Assembly: GCA_965237955.1 (NCBI GenBank) | Contig: OZ250169.1 | Span: 4,704,001-4,768,000, forward strand | Source: Candidatus Marinacidobacterales bacterium | Lineage (GTDB): Bacteria > Acidobacteriota > Vicinamibacteria > Marinacidobacterales > SMYC01 | DNA: 64,000 nucleotides | Direction of reading: 5' to 3' | Shown: positions 9,058-18,971 of the stretch, piece by piece | Layout of the letters: the number at the start of each line of letters is the position of its first letter | How positions within the stretch are numbered: position 1 is the stretch's first letter | Made by a program: the position numbers and the translations under genes | Notes under the pieces: model-generated | What the model saw: the letters and a program-made list of their open reading frames with translations, nothing else | What the model was told of the DNA's origin: nothing | Databases searched by the model: none

Positions 9058-10670
9058 CTGGGACCAACCCGCGTCAGAACGATGTCACCGTAGCTGGTGA
9101 CGATCGTCAGCGGATGCGTCCCCGATCCGAGAACGCCTTCCCACCGTTGTTGCCGCAGCTCGGCGCCTTCGGTGCTCGTGAGGGATTGAAACTCGGAGCG
9201 GAGCTCCCCGTCTCGTGTGCTCGCGGTGATGCGCGCCGAGGCATCGGCCGGCAAGCCGATCGTCACATCTCCGCGTGACGTCTCCACCCGCACGGTGTCG
9301 GTGAGTCGTTTTGCAGTGACATCGACATCCGCGTCCGATGCCCGAATGTCGAGGCTTGCGCTGAGCTCCGAAACCAGGATGTCATCATGCGTGGTCGTGA
9401 TCGTGATCGCGCCGTCGACGGCGTCGACCTCTACTGAACACTTCTCGCCGGTCACGGACACGCTCCCGCGGACATCGGCAACGCTCACCGGCCGGTGAAG
9501 GTTCTCAATCGAAACGTCTCGTGCGACACCGCGCACGATGACGCGCGCGTATCGCGACACGAGGTCGAGACGTCCTCCGACGTCGTGCACGAAGACGGGA
9601 CGATGGCTCGACGCGATCGTCACACTTCCCCCGGCGCGCTCCACCGATACTTCGGAGTAAGGGCTCTCGATGTCGACGCCGCCGGTAATGTTGGTTGCTC
9701 GCACGGTGCCGTGCTCGGTTTTGAGAGCGACGTTACCGGTGACGTCCTCGATGGTTATCGAGCTGTGCTCGGTTTCCGCCGTCACATCTCCGTCGACACC
9801 GACCGCGCGCACGGCCCCGTGCTCGTTCCTCGCTACGATCGATCCTGAAATCCGTTCGAGACGAATCGTCGCGTGGCTCGTCTGGACTTCGATGCCGGAC
9901 GACAAGTTAGAGACCTCCACGCCTCCGTGTGTGGTGCTGACGTCCGCCGGCGCGTTCAGATCCTCGAGACGAACGGCGCCTCTGCGATTGGCCACTCTCA
10001 CTGACATCGTTCGGGGGACTCTGATTTCCAGATGCGTGAGCACGGCGCGTCCTCCCTGTCCCCGTGACGTGTGTAACTTGGCTTCGTCACCCGACTGGAG
10101 CTCAAGACTCACCTGCGACAGGGCGCGCTCCGCACCGGCTGCGGAGAAACTGTGAATTTGCTTCGTCATATTGACTTCGAGGTCCGGGTTATCGGAACCG
10201 ATGACGACGACTTCGCCACGTTGGTTCTCGATGATGAGAACCGAGGCTCCGTCGAGGTCGAACGATTCGGTCTCCACGACGCGGTGCGCCGGGCCGAGAA
10301 GATCGGGGCCCAGCACGAAAGCGAAGCCGTCGAGCGAAACTTCCGTCGCTATCTCTTCCATTGCCCGCTGCGCACCCCGAATGACGAGGCCGGAGACGAG
10401 GATCCAGGCGAGTACGACGATCTCGGCGGCGGTGACGTAGGAACGCTCCGGATGCACGATACGCTGGTACACCTTGTAGATGCCCCACGCGACCAGGAGT
10501 AGCGGCCAATAGGCCCCGAACCAGATGAGCACTTGCGTTCCCACTCGAACGGGAGAAACGCCGATGAAGCTCAACACGTTGTGCGCCAAAAAAAGCGAGC
10601 CTACCGCGATGAGGAACACGCCGGACACAACGGCGCATCCGGTTCTCGGCGGGCTCGGCGCTCTAGCCAT
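9054..10670 (-). CDS. Membrane protein with LiaF/DUF5668-like TM region and long DUF4097 beta-helix
   Basis: GVFLIAVG.LFL..YWPLLLVAWG TM motif followed by repeats of T.HG.V.V..V.G. Confidence 0.82.
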   Translation of the reverse strand: MARAPSPPRTGCAVVSGVFLIAVGSLFLAHNVLSFIGVSPVRVGTQVLIWFGAYWPLLLVAWGIYKVYQRIVHPERSYVTAAEIVVLAWILVSGLVIRGAQRAMEEIATEVSLDGFAFVLGPDLLGPAHRVVETESFDLDGASVLIIENQRGEVVVIGSDNPDLEVNMTKQIHSFSAAGAERALSQVSLELQSGDEAKLHTSRGQGGRAVLTHLEIRVPRTMSVRVANRRGAVRLEDLNAPADVSTTHGGVEVSNLSSGIEVQTSHATIRLERISGSIVARNEHGAVRAVGVDGDVTAETEHSSITIEDVTGNVALKTEHGTVRATNITGGVDIESPYSEVSVERAGGSVTIASSHRPVFVHDVGGRLDLVSRYARVIVRGVARDVSIENLHRPVSVADVRGSVSVTGEKCSVEVDAVDGAITITTTHDDILVSELSASLDIRASDADVDVTAKRLTDTVRVETSRGDVTIGLPADASARITASTRDGELRSEFQSLTSTEGAELRQQRWEGVLGSGTHPLTIVTSYGDIVLTRVGPR

Positions 10671-11181
10671 TGTCGGATTCGGTAGTACCGTCCGGCGTAT
10701 CGTTTTGTGACGGGGTTGCATCGTTTTGTGACGGCAACGGAGGTCCGATCGCTGGTGGCGCCGACGCTGGCTTCTTCAAAATGTAGACACCCATCGCGAT
10801 GATGGCGACCGGCCATAGGTCCAAAATCCAATCGATTTCGAACCATCCGTAGTTGTCGACGGTGAACACCACCCCGACGACGATGAGCGCCCATCCCCAC
10901 CCCTTGCTGAACGCGAAGACCTCGGTTTGGGTCGGCAGCGGCTGGCCAGTATCCACGAGGTGGTTGAGCTCGACTGCGCTGCGGTGCGCGTCGATCATCG
11001 AAAAGATCCACAGAAACGGAATGATGATCCCGACGAAAGCACCGGCTCCCTCCGACGCGAGATACATGGCGCTCGCGACGGACACGATGAGCACGAGACC
11101 TTTCGTGGGTTGACCGACATAAACATGCCCGGCGCCTGGAAGCAAAGACAGCCAGAAAGCCGCGGCGGGAGAGCGTTTCAT
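10663..11181 (-). CDS. TM2-like/DUF5668 membrane protein
   Basis: SPAAAFWLSLLPGAGHVYVGQ (TM2-like), LWPVAIIAMG; overlaps neighbouring genes. Confidence 0.75.
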   Translation of the reverse strand: MKRSPAAAFWLSLLPGAGHVYVGQPTKGLVLIVSVASAMYLASEGAGAFVGIIIPFLWIFSMIDAHRSAVELNHLVDTGQPLPTQTEVFAFSKGWGWALIVVGVVFTVDNYGWFEIDWILDLWPVAIIAMGVYILKKPASAPPAIGPPLPSQNDATPSQNDTPDGTTESDNG

Positions 11182-11873
11182 AAAAGACTCCTTGAAGAAC
11201 GTTCTGAAAGGAAGCCGAGGTCATTCCTCGTTGCCATGGGGTGCGAGCCAGATTCGCCCTCGGGTTCGCCCTCGGTTTCTAAATGACGCCTCGAGTGTTC
11301 GTCGTCGTCTTCGGTGGACCGGCGGCCCGCGTTCTCCAGGTCACGCAGCTGTTCGTTGAGCTGGTCGAGGCGATCTTCGAAGGCCACGCCGACGGTCATG
11401 CGGAGCACGTTCAAATCCTCGATCCACCGTTCGGTTTGATCGTGAGTCCGAATCGCGAAACTGTAGATGTGGCGCGCCGTTCGTGATGTCTTCCGGTACA
11501 CCTCCGATGCGAGCTCCGGTGGAGCGAACAAGAGCACCATCGCGAGAACTGCCGCAACGGCGAGCCAACTCGTGCCCGCGACGAGCCGTGGAGAAGGTAC
11601 GGTGAAACGTGTCCCTTCGCGTGTCGTTCTGAGCGCCGTCGGCTCGGTCCGGGCGCTCCGGGCAAAATCGACGACGAGCTTTCCCGTGAGCGCGTCAGGC
11701 GTAGCGGGAACCGACATCGCTCCGAGTGCGTCGGTTACCTCTTGAAACGTCTGGTACAGGCCCCGGCACTCGTCGCAGGTATCGAGATGCGCCGAGAGCT
11801 CCCGCTCGATCGGCGGCGTGAGCACGCCCTCGCGCTCGTCCGAAAAAAGCTCCTCCGCCCGCCGACAGTTCAC
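11178..11873 (-). CDS. Zinc-binding (ZAS, zf-HC2) transmembrane anti-sigma factor
   Basis: C..(x)..HLDTCDEC motif, single TM; GTGA overlap with sigma stop. Confidence 0.88.
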   Translation of the reverse strand: MNCRRAEELFSDEREGVLTPPIERELSAHLDTCDECRGLYQTFQEVTDALGAMSVPATPDALTGKLVVDFARSARTEPTALRTTREGTRFTVPSPRLVAGTSWLAVAAVLAMVLLFAPPELASEVYRKTSRTARHIYSFAIRTHDQTERWIEDLNVLRMTVGVAFEDRLDQLNEQLRDLENAGRRSTEDDDEHSRRHLETEGEPEGESGSHPMATRNDLGFLSERSSRSLL

Positions 11874-12481
11874 CGATCGCCTCCCTCGAGATTTTCCCGA
11901 AAACGATCGCTCCACTCCGCTCTTCGCCGCTTCAGCCGGCGCGCGAGCGCGACGCGCCCGCGGTTGATACGCGATTTGACAGTACCGAGCGGAACGCTGA
12001 GCTCTTGTGCCATGTCTTCGTAGCTCATCTCTTGAAGATCGCGAAGGATGACGGCTTGGGCGAGCTCGACGGGAAGTCTGTCGATGGTGTCACGGAGCCA
12101 GCCGGACAAGTCCTTTTGTTCGAGAGCGCGATGAGGGTCCGCGGTTGCATCTGCGTCTTCGGTAAAACGCACGGCGTTGTCGAACTCTTCGCCGTCGGTG
12201 ACGAGAGAGCGCTCCCTGCGTCGGCGCCGATAGTGATCGATCGCGTAGTTGCGTGCCACGCGCTGAATCCATGCCGGCAAGCTTCCCGAGCTGTCGAAAC
12301 TCTCGAGCGCGGCGAGGAGGTGCAAGAAGATCTCCTGAGTGAGCTCTTCTGCTTCGTCCGCTCGTCCGGTGAACTGGTACGCCACATGCCAAATCCTCCG
12401 CTGATATCGCTCGACGAGCACCGTCCAGGCACGCTCGTCGCCCTTCGCGCAGCGACGAGCCAGATCGGCTTCCTCTACCAA
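11870..12481 (-). CDS. ECF RNA polymerase sigma factor
   Basis: Region 2 AEELTQEIFL..WIQRVARNYAIDHYR; region 4 SYEDMAQELSVPLGTVKSRINRGR. Confidence 0.96.
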   Translation of the reverse strand: MVEEADLARRCAKGDERAWTVLVERYQRRIWHVAYQFTGRADEAEELTQEIFLHLLAALESFDSSGSLPAWIQRVARNYAIDHYRRRRRERSLVTDGEEFDNAVRFTEDADATADPHRALEQKDLSGWLRDTIDRLPVELAQAVILRDLQEMSYEDMAQELSVPLGTVKSRINRGRVALARRLKRRRAEWSDRFRENLEGGDR

Positions 12482-12522
12482 CTCGCCTGGTCTCCGCTCT
12501 TTCTCTCTAACTCACACCCCGA

Positions 12523-12548
12523 AACGCACTTCGTCCACGGAATGTTCC
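12523..12548 (-). promoter_or_regulatory. ECF-type (probably autoregulatory) promoter
   Basis: Minus strand GGAAC-17 nt-CGTT about 40 bp upstream of the sigma start. Confidence 0.7.
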
Positions 12549-12748
12549 ATCTGTCGCAGCGTCTTGGATCGGTATTCGAGTAATTCCTCTAAATCGTAGC
12601 GACGGTTGACTTTCGGCCTGTATTCTAGTAAATCTAGCATCCCGTAGGGCACCGCCTAGTGCGTAGTGCGCCGACGTCGCGGTTTCTGGCTCACCGGAGG
12701 GGGGGCGATGAAACGACCTCGACCTCCACAGCATCCTTGAACTGAAGA

Positions 12749-13777
12749 GTGTCCGACCGACCGAAGCTCTCGTCTGCGACCACGCAGGCCCTCCTGGGTG
12801 CCGCGCTTGCGGCGGTGCTGATGTGGCTGTTTTTCCGTGGCACCGATTTGGGCGCCATCTGGCAACACCTTGCCGAAGCAAAACCCGCCCTCCTTCTTGC
12901 CGCGGTGGCGATGACGCTCGTGACCAACCTGTGGCGCGCGCTACGGTGGAAGGTGCTTCTCGCCCCACTCGGCCGGGCCGGACTTTGGAATTGTTTTGCA
13001 ATGACCATCATCGGCTTCATGGTCAACTTTCTCGTGCCTCCTGGTCGGCTCGGCGAGATCGCGCGTCCGTATCTGTTGGCACGCAAGGAGGGTTTTTCCG
13101 CTTCGAGCACCTTTGCCACCATTTTTCTCGAGCGCATCCTCGATTTGGTCACGGTCGTTCTGTTGATTGGATTGTGGCTCGTGGTCGCGGATCTTCCGTC
13201 GTCGAGCGAGGAAGTGATGCTCGGCCTGAAAACCGGCGGGTTGGTGGGCTTCGTCGGAGCCGTGGGAGCTCTGGGGGTGATGTTCTCTCTCGCGCGGGAT
13301 CGCTCGCGGGCAAAACGGTTGTTCGAGCGAATCTTTCGTATACTGCCCGCGAAACTCGAGGCCAAAGCGACGTGGTTCGCGGAGACCTTCACTGCGGGTC
13401 TCGCGGTTCTCGTCGACGCGGCTAGTTTTCTGAAAGCCATCGTGTTATCGATCTGCGTGTGGTTCAGCATCGGGGCCGGGTTCTACTTCGGGGCGCGCGC
13501 CCTGGGCGTCGACTACCCGTTTGGAGACACGTCTCTCATCATCGGATTTCTCACTGTAGGTGTCGCCGTCCCGACGCCGGGCGCGGTAGGTGGCTACCAC
13601 TACATGGCCGCGTTGGCGCTCACGAAACTCCTTGGTGTCGAGCCCAGCGTAGCCGGGGCGGTCGCCCTGGTGAACCATGCCATCGCTTATCTGCCGGTCA
13701 CGGTGATCGGTATTTTTCTGTTTCCGGGCTCGGCCGGAAGCTTCCGTCAGCTGAAGACGATTTCCAGTGAAACTTGA
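12749..13777 (+). CDS. Lysylphosphatidylglycerol synthase TM-domain (UPF0104) flippase-like protein
   Basis: RALRWKVLL, GRLGEIARP, ERILD, VPTPGAVGGYH; multi-TM. Confidence 0.88.
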   Translation: MSDRPKLSSATTQALLGAALAAVLMWLFFRGTDLGAIWQHLAEAKPALLLAAVAMTLVTNLWRALRWKVLLAPLGRAGLWNCFAMTIIGFMVNFLVPPGRLGEIARPYLLARKEGFSASSTFATIFLERILDLVTVVLLIGLWLVVADLPSSSEEVMLGLKTGGLVGFVGAVGALGVMFSLARDRSRAKRLFERIFRILPAKLEAKATWFAETFTAGLAVLVDAASFLKAIVLSICVWFSIGAGFYFGARALGVDYPFGDTSLIIGFLTVGVAVPTPGAVGGYHYMAALALTKLLGVEPSVAGAVALVNHAIAYLPVTVIGIFLFPGSAGSFRQLKTISSET

Positions 13778-13792
13778 ACAGGAGTAGCAAGG

Positions 13793-14260
13793 GTGAAATG
13801 TCCGTTTTGTGGTCATTCGGCAGACAAGGTGGTCGATTCGAGAGAGAGCAAGGAAGGTGAGGCAATCCGCCGCCGCCGCCAGTGCCTGAAGTGTGGGCGT
13901 CGTTTTACCAGCTACGAGCGCATCGACCGCATCGACTACCGCGTCGTCAAAAAAGACGGCTCCCGCGAGCGCTTCGACCGCGAGAAGCTGATGAACGGAA
14001 TTCTCAAGGCGTGTGAAAAGCGAGCGATTCCTCTCACCCGACTCGAGGCGATCGTGGACCAAATCGAGCATCGACTCCACGACACCTCCGACAAAGAGGT
14101 GTCGACGACCGAGGTCGGAGAGCACGTGATGTCGGAGCTCAAAGCGCTCGATCAAGTCGCCTACGTACGGTTCGCTTCGGTGTACCGGGAGTTCAAGGAC
14201 GCCAATGAATTCGTCGAGACCATTCGCTCACTTCTGGGACGGCAAGAACCCGCGGAATGA
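13793..14260 (+). CDS. nrdR: Transcriptional repressor NrdR
   Basis: MKCPFC..VVDSR..IRRRRQCLKCGRRFTSYE, ATP-cone, DQVAYVRFASVY. Confidence 0.98.
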   Translation: MKCPFCGHSADKVVDSRESKEGEAIRRRRQCLKCGRRFTSYERIDRIDYRVVKKDGSRERFDREKLMNGILKACEKRAIPLTRLEAIVDQIEHRLHDTSDKEVSTTEVGEHVMSELKALDQVAYVRFASVYREFKDANEFVETIRSLLGRQEPAE

Positions 14261-14814
14261 AACGTCGAGTGCCAAAGACGATTGCCGGATGCGCTGTCGC
14301 GCTGGCGTTGTCGTTTACGATATCGGCGACGATCTCGGCCGCCGAGATCGTCGAGCTCGTCCCCGTGATCCGGAGCGAAGGGATTCTCGTCAGTTTTCGC
14401 GTCGAGGAAGCTTTCGACGAGGATATCGTGCAAGCGATCGAGACCGGGCTCGAGGTCAGCTTTCGCTACAATGTGGAGTTGAGGCGGGTTCGGCGTGCCT
14501 GGTTCGACGACAAAGCCGCGTCGCGTCAGATCCAGACCACCGTCGCTTATGACAACTTGACGAAACGCTACAGCCTGACGCGCGAGATTGATGGTGAGAT
14601 CGACGCCACCGAGGTCGCCGATAACCCGGATGCGATGAGACGCTTCATGACGTCGTTCGAATCACTCCTGCTGTTCGACGTTTCGTTTATGGAGCCGAAC
14701 GAGGAGTACTATCTGCGAGCGAACGGTGTCATGAGAGATCGCAACGTGTTGCTCCTCATTCCATGGAACGTCGGCGCCGATTGGCGCGAGGCGCACTTCA
14801 CGTATCTACCGTAG
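14257..14814 (+). CDS. DUF4390 periplasmic protein
   Basis: Signal peptide, AIETGL..F.Y.VEL.R.R..WFD, YDNLTKRY; typical position upstream of ntrY. Confidence 0.82.
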   Translation: MKRRVPKTIAGCAVALALSFTISATISAAEIVELVPVIRSEGILVSFRVEEAFDEDIVQAIETGLEVSFRYNVELRRVRRAWFDDKAASRQIQTTVAYDNLTKRYSLTREIDGEIDATEVADNPDAMRRFMTSFESLLLFDVSFMEPNEEYYLRANGVMRDRNVLLLIPWNVGADWREAHFTYLP

Positions 14815-14824
14815 GCCTCGCACC

Positions 14825-17128
14825 ATGAGTGATAACGGGAGCTCGTCTTCAAACAAAGGGAAAAAAGCGAAAAAAGAGTCCAGGGGCAACCTCCGTCTTG
14901 TTGCGGTCACCGTACTTCTGCTGCTTTCGGTGACGCTGGTGAGCACGTATCTCATCGGCAAGGCGGAGTCGTTCAAACCGGACTACATGGCCCGCGCCTT
15001 TCTCTTCGGCTTCACCCTGGTGATTTGGGCTTTGCTCCTCGTCCTGGCGTTCGTTCTCGGAAGAAACCTCATCAAGCTCTTCCTGGAGCGAAAGCACTCG
15101 GTGAGAGGTGCCAAGCTCAAGACGAAGCTCGTTATCATTTTTATCGGCTTCGCCCTCCTTCCCTCCGCGCTGATCGTTCTAATAGGGAGCCGCTTGATAT
15201 CGGCGTCGGTGGATCGGTGGTTTTCGCACCCTGTCGAAGAAGTTCTCGTCGGAGCCCAGGAGGTGGTGGAGCACTATTTTCAGGAAAAACACGCGAGCGC
15301 CACGTTCTACGCGCGCAGCCTGTCACGCGAGATCGGAGAATCGAGGCTTCTCACCCCGGCGCGGCTTTCACGTTTGAGCCGCACGATGAACGACCGGCTC
15401 ACTCGGTATCGTTTGGATATGGTGACGGTGCTTTCGGCCGACGGGCCGCTGTGGACGTCCGCTCGGCCGGGCCTGCCCCAATACAACCCCGACTCCACCC
15501 TTCGTCTCGCGGAGACGGGTCTCGGTGGAGAGGAAACGTTGCTTCAGGACTCGCTCGGTGACGGAACGCTGGTGCAATACGTTTCACCCATCTATCGAGC
15601 CGGAACTCGCGAAGTGCCCGAAGTGGAAGGCGCCGTCGTGGTGTCGTACTTCGTGCCCAAGAACTTGGCCACGATCCTGGACGACGTGAATCGCCAGGCC
15701 AACGTCTATCAACAGGCCGAGGCGCAGAAGGAGCCGATTCAAGACCTCTATCTATCGTTCTTCGTGATGGTGTCGTTGCTCCTTTTGTTGTCGTCGACGT
15801 GGATCGGGCTCTATCTCGCCAAGCGCATCACCGGTCCCGTGGGCCAGCTCGTCGAAGCGACCGAGCGCATCATGGCCGGGGATCTCGATCATCCGGTGTC
15901 GGGGGCCGCGGTCGACGACCTTGGATTGTTGATGGAATCGTTCAACCGCATGACTGCCCAGGTGAAGGCCAGCCAAGAGCGGCTGGAGTCGTCCCGTCAG
16001 GATCTCGAGATGAAGAACCTCGAGTTGGACCGCCGCCGCGGCTACATGGAAACCGTTCTCGAGAACATCACCACCGGGATCATCTCGCTCGGTCGCGAAG
16101 GGTTCGTCACCCGCATCAACCAGGCGGCGCTCAAAATGCTCCAACTCGACGCGACCCTCGTGGGTCAACACTATCGCGAGCTGTTCCGGGACGAAGAGCT
16201 GTCCGCGCTTCGTTTGTTGCTCGATGAGATGGGCGGCATCGACTCTCGCGCTCCCCTCGAAGAAGAGCTCGATGTGTCCGTTCAAGGACGTGAGCTCCAC
16301 CTGTCGGTCTACATCACCACGCTCACCGGCGTCGACGATGTGCCGTCGGGGCTCCTGATGGTCTTGGACGATTTAACGCAGCTTCTGCGTGCCCAAAAAG
16401 TGGCGGCGTGGCGCGAAGTCGCGCGCCGGCTCGCGCACGAGATCAAGAACCCGCTCACCCCCATTCAGCTCTCGGCGCAGCGGATCCGCAAACATTTCCG
16501 CGAGCGCTCCAAGGATCTCTCGCGGGTCGTGGAAGAAGGTACCGGCACCATCATCGAAGAAGTGGACTCGTTGAAGAATCTCGTGGACGAGTTCTCGCAG
16601 TTTGCACGGATGCCCACCGTGTCCCCGGAGCCTCAACCTCTTGTTCCTCTCGTCCGGGGGACGCTCGAGCTCTACGATGGCTTGTTCGACGGGCTCGTCA
16701 TCACCAGACGCTTCGCGGACGACATTCCCCGTGTGCTCGTGGATCCGGAGCTCATCCGGCGCGTCTTTATCAATATTATCGACAACGCCATCGAAGCGAA
16801 CGGCGGCAAGGGTGAGGTCATCGTCGAGACGAGCTACCAGCCGGAGCTCAACCTGGCGCGGGTGGCCGTGGCCGACGACGGGCCGGGGGTCTCGCCGGAA
16901 GAGCAGGACAAGTTGTTCATGCCGTACTACTCGACGAAACGACGGGGGAGTGGTCTCGGCCTCGCCATCGTCAAACGCATCGTCGCCGAGCACCGCGGGC
17001 ACGTCCGTGTCGAGAAGAACCAACCCCGAGGCGCGCGCTTCATCGTCGAGCTCCCAGTAGAGACCGGAGACACCCCCACCGGTGACCGTGACGAAAAGCA
17101 CGTAACGAGCAGGACATCGAGTGCTTAA
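14825..17128 (+). CDS. ntrY: NtrY-like HAMP/PAS sensor histidine kinase
   Basis: 3 N-terminal TMs, SVDRWF, HAMP, PAS, AWREVARRLAHEIKNPLTPIQLS, GSGLGL. Confidence 0.92.
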   Translation: MSDNGSSSSNKGKKAKKESRGNLRLVAVTVLLLLSVTLVSTYLIGKAESFKPDYMARAFLFGFTLVIWALLLVLAFVLGRNLIKLFLERKHSVRGAKLKTKLVIIFIGFALLPSALIVLIGSRLISASVDRWFSHPVEEVLVGAQEVVEHYFQEKHASATFYARSLSREIGESRLLTPARLSRLSRTMNDRLTRYRLDMVTVLSADGPLWTSARPGLPQYNPDSTLRLAETGLGGEETLLQDSLGDGTLVQYVSPIYRAGTREVPEVEGAVVVSYFVPKNLATILDDVNRQANVYQQAEAQKEPIQDLYLSFFVMVSLLLLLSSTWIGLYLAKRITGPVGQLVEATERIMAGDLDHPVSGAAVDDLGLLMESFNRMTAQVKASQERLESSRQDLEMKNLELDRRRGYMETVLENITTGIISLGREGFVTRINQAALKMLQLDATLVGQHYRELFRDEELSALRLLLDEMGGIDSRAPLEEELDVSVQGRELHLSVYITTLTGVDDVPSGLLMVLDDLTQLLRAQKVAAWREVARRLAHEIKNPLTPIQLSAQRIRKHFRERSKDLSRVVEEGTGTIIEEVDSLKNLVDEFSQFARMPTVSPEPQPLVPLVRGTLELYDGLFDGLVITRRFADDIPRVLVDPELIRRVFINIIDNAIEANGGKGEVIVETSYQPELNLARVAVADDGPGVSPEEQDKLFMPYYSTKRRGSGLGLAIVKRIVAEHRGHVRVEKNQPRGARFIVELPVETGDTPTGDRDEKHVTSRTSSA

Positions 17129-17222
17129 TGCTCAAGATGCAGAGCTCTTCGCTCATTCGCTCGGCCTCTCGTCGGTGCACTCATCAGTGGGCGCTCTCTC
17201 TTCGTACTGCCGAGCGCCCCGT

Positions 17223-17285
17223 CCTCCGCTCGCAGGCTCGCTGCGGACGGCGGCTGGAAGCTGGCGACTGGTGACTGGCGACTGA
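17223..17285. repeat. REP-like 34-bp motif plus (CTGGCGA)n heptamer arm
   Basis: CCTCCGCTCGCAGGCTCGCTGCGGACGGCGGCTG (17223-17256) recurs at 41528-41562; followed by CTGGAAG CTGGCGA CTGGTGA CTGGCGA. Confidence 0.75.
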
Positions 17286-18637
17286 TGAGCCAGGAGCGGA
17301 TTCTCATTGTCGATGACGAGGCCGGGGTGCGGTCGTCGCTTCAGGGGATTCTCGAGGACGAAGGGTACCGTGTCGACACGGACGCGAGCGCCGAAGGTGC
17401 GCTCAGTCGTCTCGCGCACGACGAATACGATCTCGTCCTCCTCGACATCTGGCTTCCCAACATGGACGGTATGGAGGCCCTCGAGAAGATGCGCGACGAG
17501 GATCTCGATACGCCCGTCATCATGATCTCGGGCCACGCGACGATCGAAAGCGCGGTGAAAGCGATCCAGCTCGGCGCGTACAATTTTGTGGAAAAACCGC
17601 TGTCGCTCGCCAAGACCGTCATCGCGGTCAAGAATGCGCTCCGCCAAGGAAAGCTTGAGCAAGAGAACCGCGACTTGCGCGAGCGGGTCCAATCACGTCA
17701 GGCGTTGATCGGTGAAAGCCCGGCGATGCACGAGCTGAAGAAGCAAATCGGGATCGCCGCCCCGACGAACGGACGTGTCCTCATCTTCGGGGAGAACGGC
17801 ACCGGTAAGGAGCTCGTCGCGCACGCGGTGCACGCGCAGTCGCTTCGGAGCAAAGGCGCGTTCGTCGAAGTCAACTGCGCCGCCATTCCCGAGGAGCTCA
17901 TCGAAAGCGAGCTGTTTGGTCATATGAAAGGCTCTTTCACCGGCGCCGTCTCCGACAAGGAAGGTAAATTTCGGGCGGCGGATGGGGGCACACTCTTTCT
18001 CGACGAGATCGGGGACATGAGCCTCAAGACACAGGCGAAGGTTCTCCGCGTGCTTCAAGAGCAAAAATTCGAACCGGTGGGAAGCACCCAATCCATTGGA
18101 GTCGATTGCCGCGTTATCGCTGCCACCAACAAAGAGCTCGCGGAAGAGATTCGCGCCGGGAATTTCCGCGAAGACCTCTTCTTTCGATTGAACGTGATCC
18201 CGTTCCAAATGCCGCCCCTTCGCGATCGCCGCGAGGACGTACCGCTTCTGGCGACGCACTTCATCGTTGCCTTCTGCGCCGAGTATGGCAAGAAAGCGAA
18301 AGAGATGAGCCCGTCGGCTTTGGATCGGCTCCTCGCCTATGGGTGGCCGGGCAACGTGCGCGAGTTGAAAAACGTCATCGAGCGGTTGGTGATCATGGTC
18401 CCGGGGGACGTCATCGAAGCCGACGATCTGCCCGTCGCAGTGTCACCGACGGATGACGAGGGATTCGAAGCTTTCAATGACTATCCGAGCTTGTCGAGTG
18501 CGCGCGAGGCTTTCGAAACGCAGTACATCGTCAACAAGCTCCGTGCCAACAAAGGCAACGTCTCGAAAACGGCGGAAGCGCTCGGGATCGAGCGCTCGCA
18601 TTTGTATAGGAAGATGAAGGCATTCGGAATCAGGTAG
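17285..18637 (+). CDS. ntrX: NtrX-like sigma54-dependent response regulator
   Basis: REC (LLDIW), GENGTGKE, GSFTGA variant of GAFTGA, LFLDEI, Fis HTH. Confidence 0.93.
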   Translation: MSQERILIVDDEAGVRSSLQGILEDEGYRVDTDASAEGALSRLAHDEYDLVLLDIWLPNMDGMEALEKMRDEDLDTPVIMISGHATIESAVKAIQLGAYNFVEKPLSLAKTVIAVKNALRQGKLEQENRDLRERVQSRQALIGESPAMHELKKQIGIAAPTNGRVLIFGENGTGKELVAHAVHAQSLRSKGAFVEVNCAAIPEELIESELFGHMKGSFTGAVSDKEGKFRAADGGTLFLDEIGDMSLKTQAKVLRVLQEQKFEPVGSTQSIGVDCRVIAATNKELAEEIRAGNFREDLFFRLNVIPFQMPPLRDRREDVPLLATHFIVAFCAEYGKKAKEMSPSALDRLLAYGWPGNVRELKNVIERLVIMVPGDVIEADDLPVAVSPTDDEGFEAFNDYPSLSSAREAFETQYIVNKLRANKGNVSKTAEALGIERSHLYRKMKAFGIR

Positions 18638-18639
18638 CT

Positions 18640-18781
18640 GTGGCCATCGGCCGTTGGCCATCAGCCATTGGCAGGGCTGAGCTGCTCGCGCTTGACGGAA
18701 GGTCCTTGTTGCTTGCCCATGTCCGCACCGCCGGAGCGCGAGCGACTCGAGCCTGCTGATGGCCGATGGCTGATGGCTGAA
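18640..18781. repeat. Inverted heptamer-repeat element forming ~140-nt hairpin
   Basis: GCCATCG/GCCGTTG/GCCATCA/GCCATTG arm, GCTCGCGCT...AGCGCGAGC inner stem, (TGATGGC)n right arm. Confidence 0.85.
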
Positions 18782-18971
18782 TCAACCCCCCCTTCAGCTC
18801 GCCCCAACCTTTTTCAGACGTTCTTCCAGAATCCCGGGCTCCTCTGTCAATCTCAGTCTACTGACCATGATGTTGGGTATCGCTTCAATCAACATTTGCA
18901 ATGTCATTCCGGCAAAATCAGGCAACACACTACCATTCGGCCTCGTTTGGCAGTATATTTCTTGAGACGCC

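Noticed and set aside
3519-9093. Long antisense ORFs 3519-4706, 5052-6149 and 7930-9093
   Set aside because: Shadow ORFs of pnp and DUF4097 genes expected from high-GC codon bias; the same applies to 29164-30075, 31969-32805, 39663-40484 and 59076-59918
18880-18965. Sigma54 promoter downstream of ntrX
   Set aside because: TGGCAG..TTCT lacks the -12 GC; the reverse-strand GG..GC spacing is 9 rather than 10
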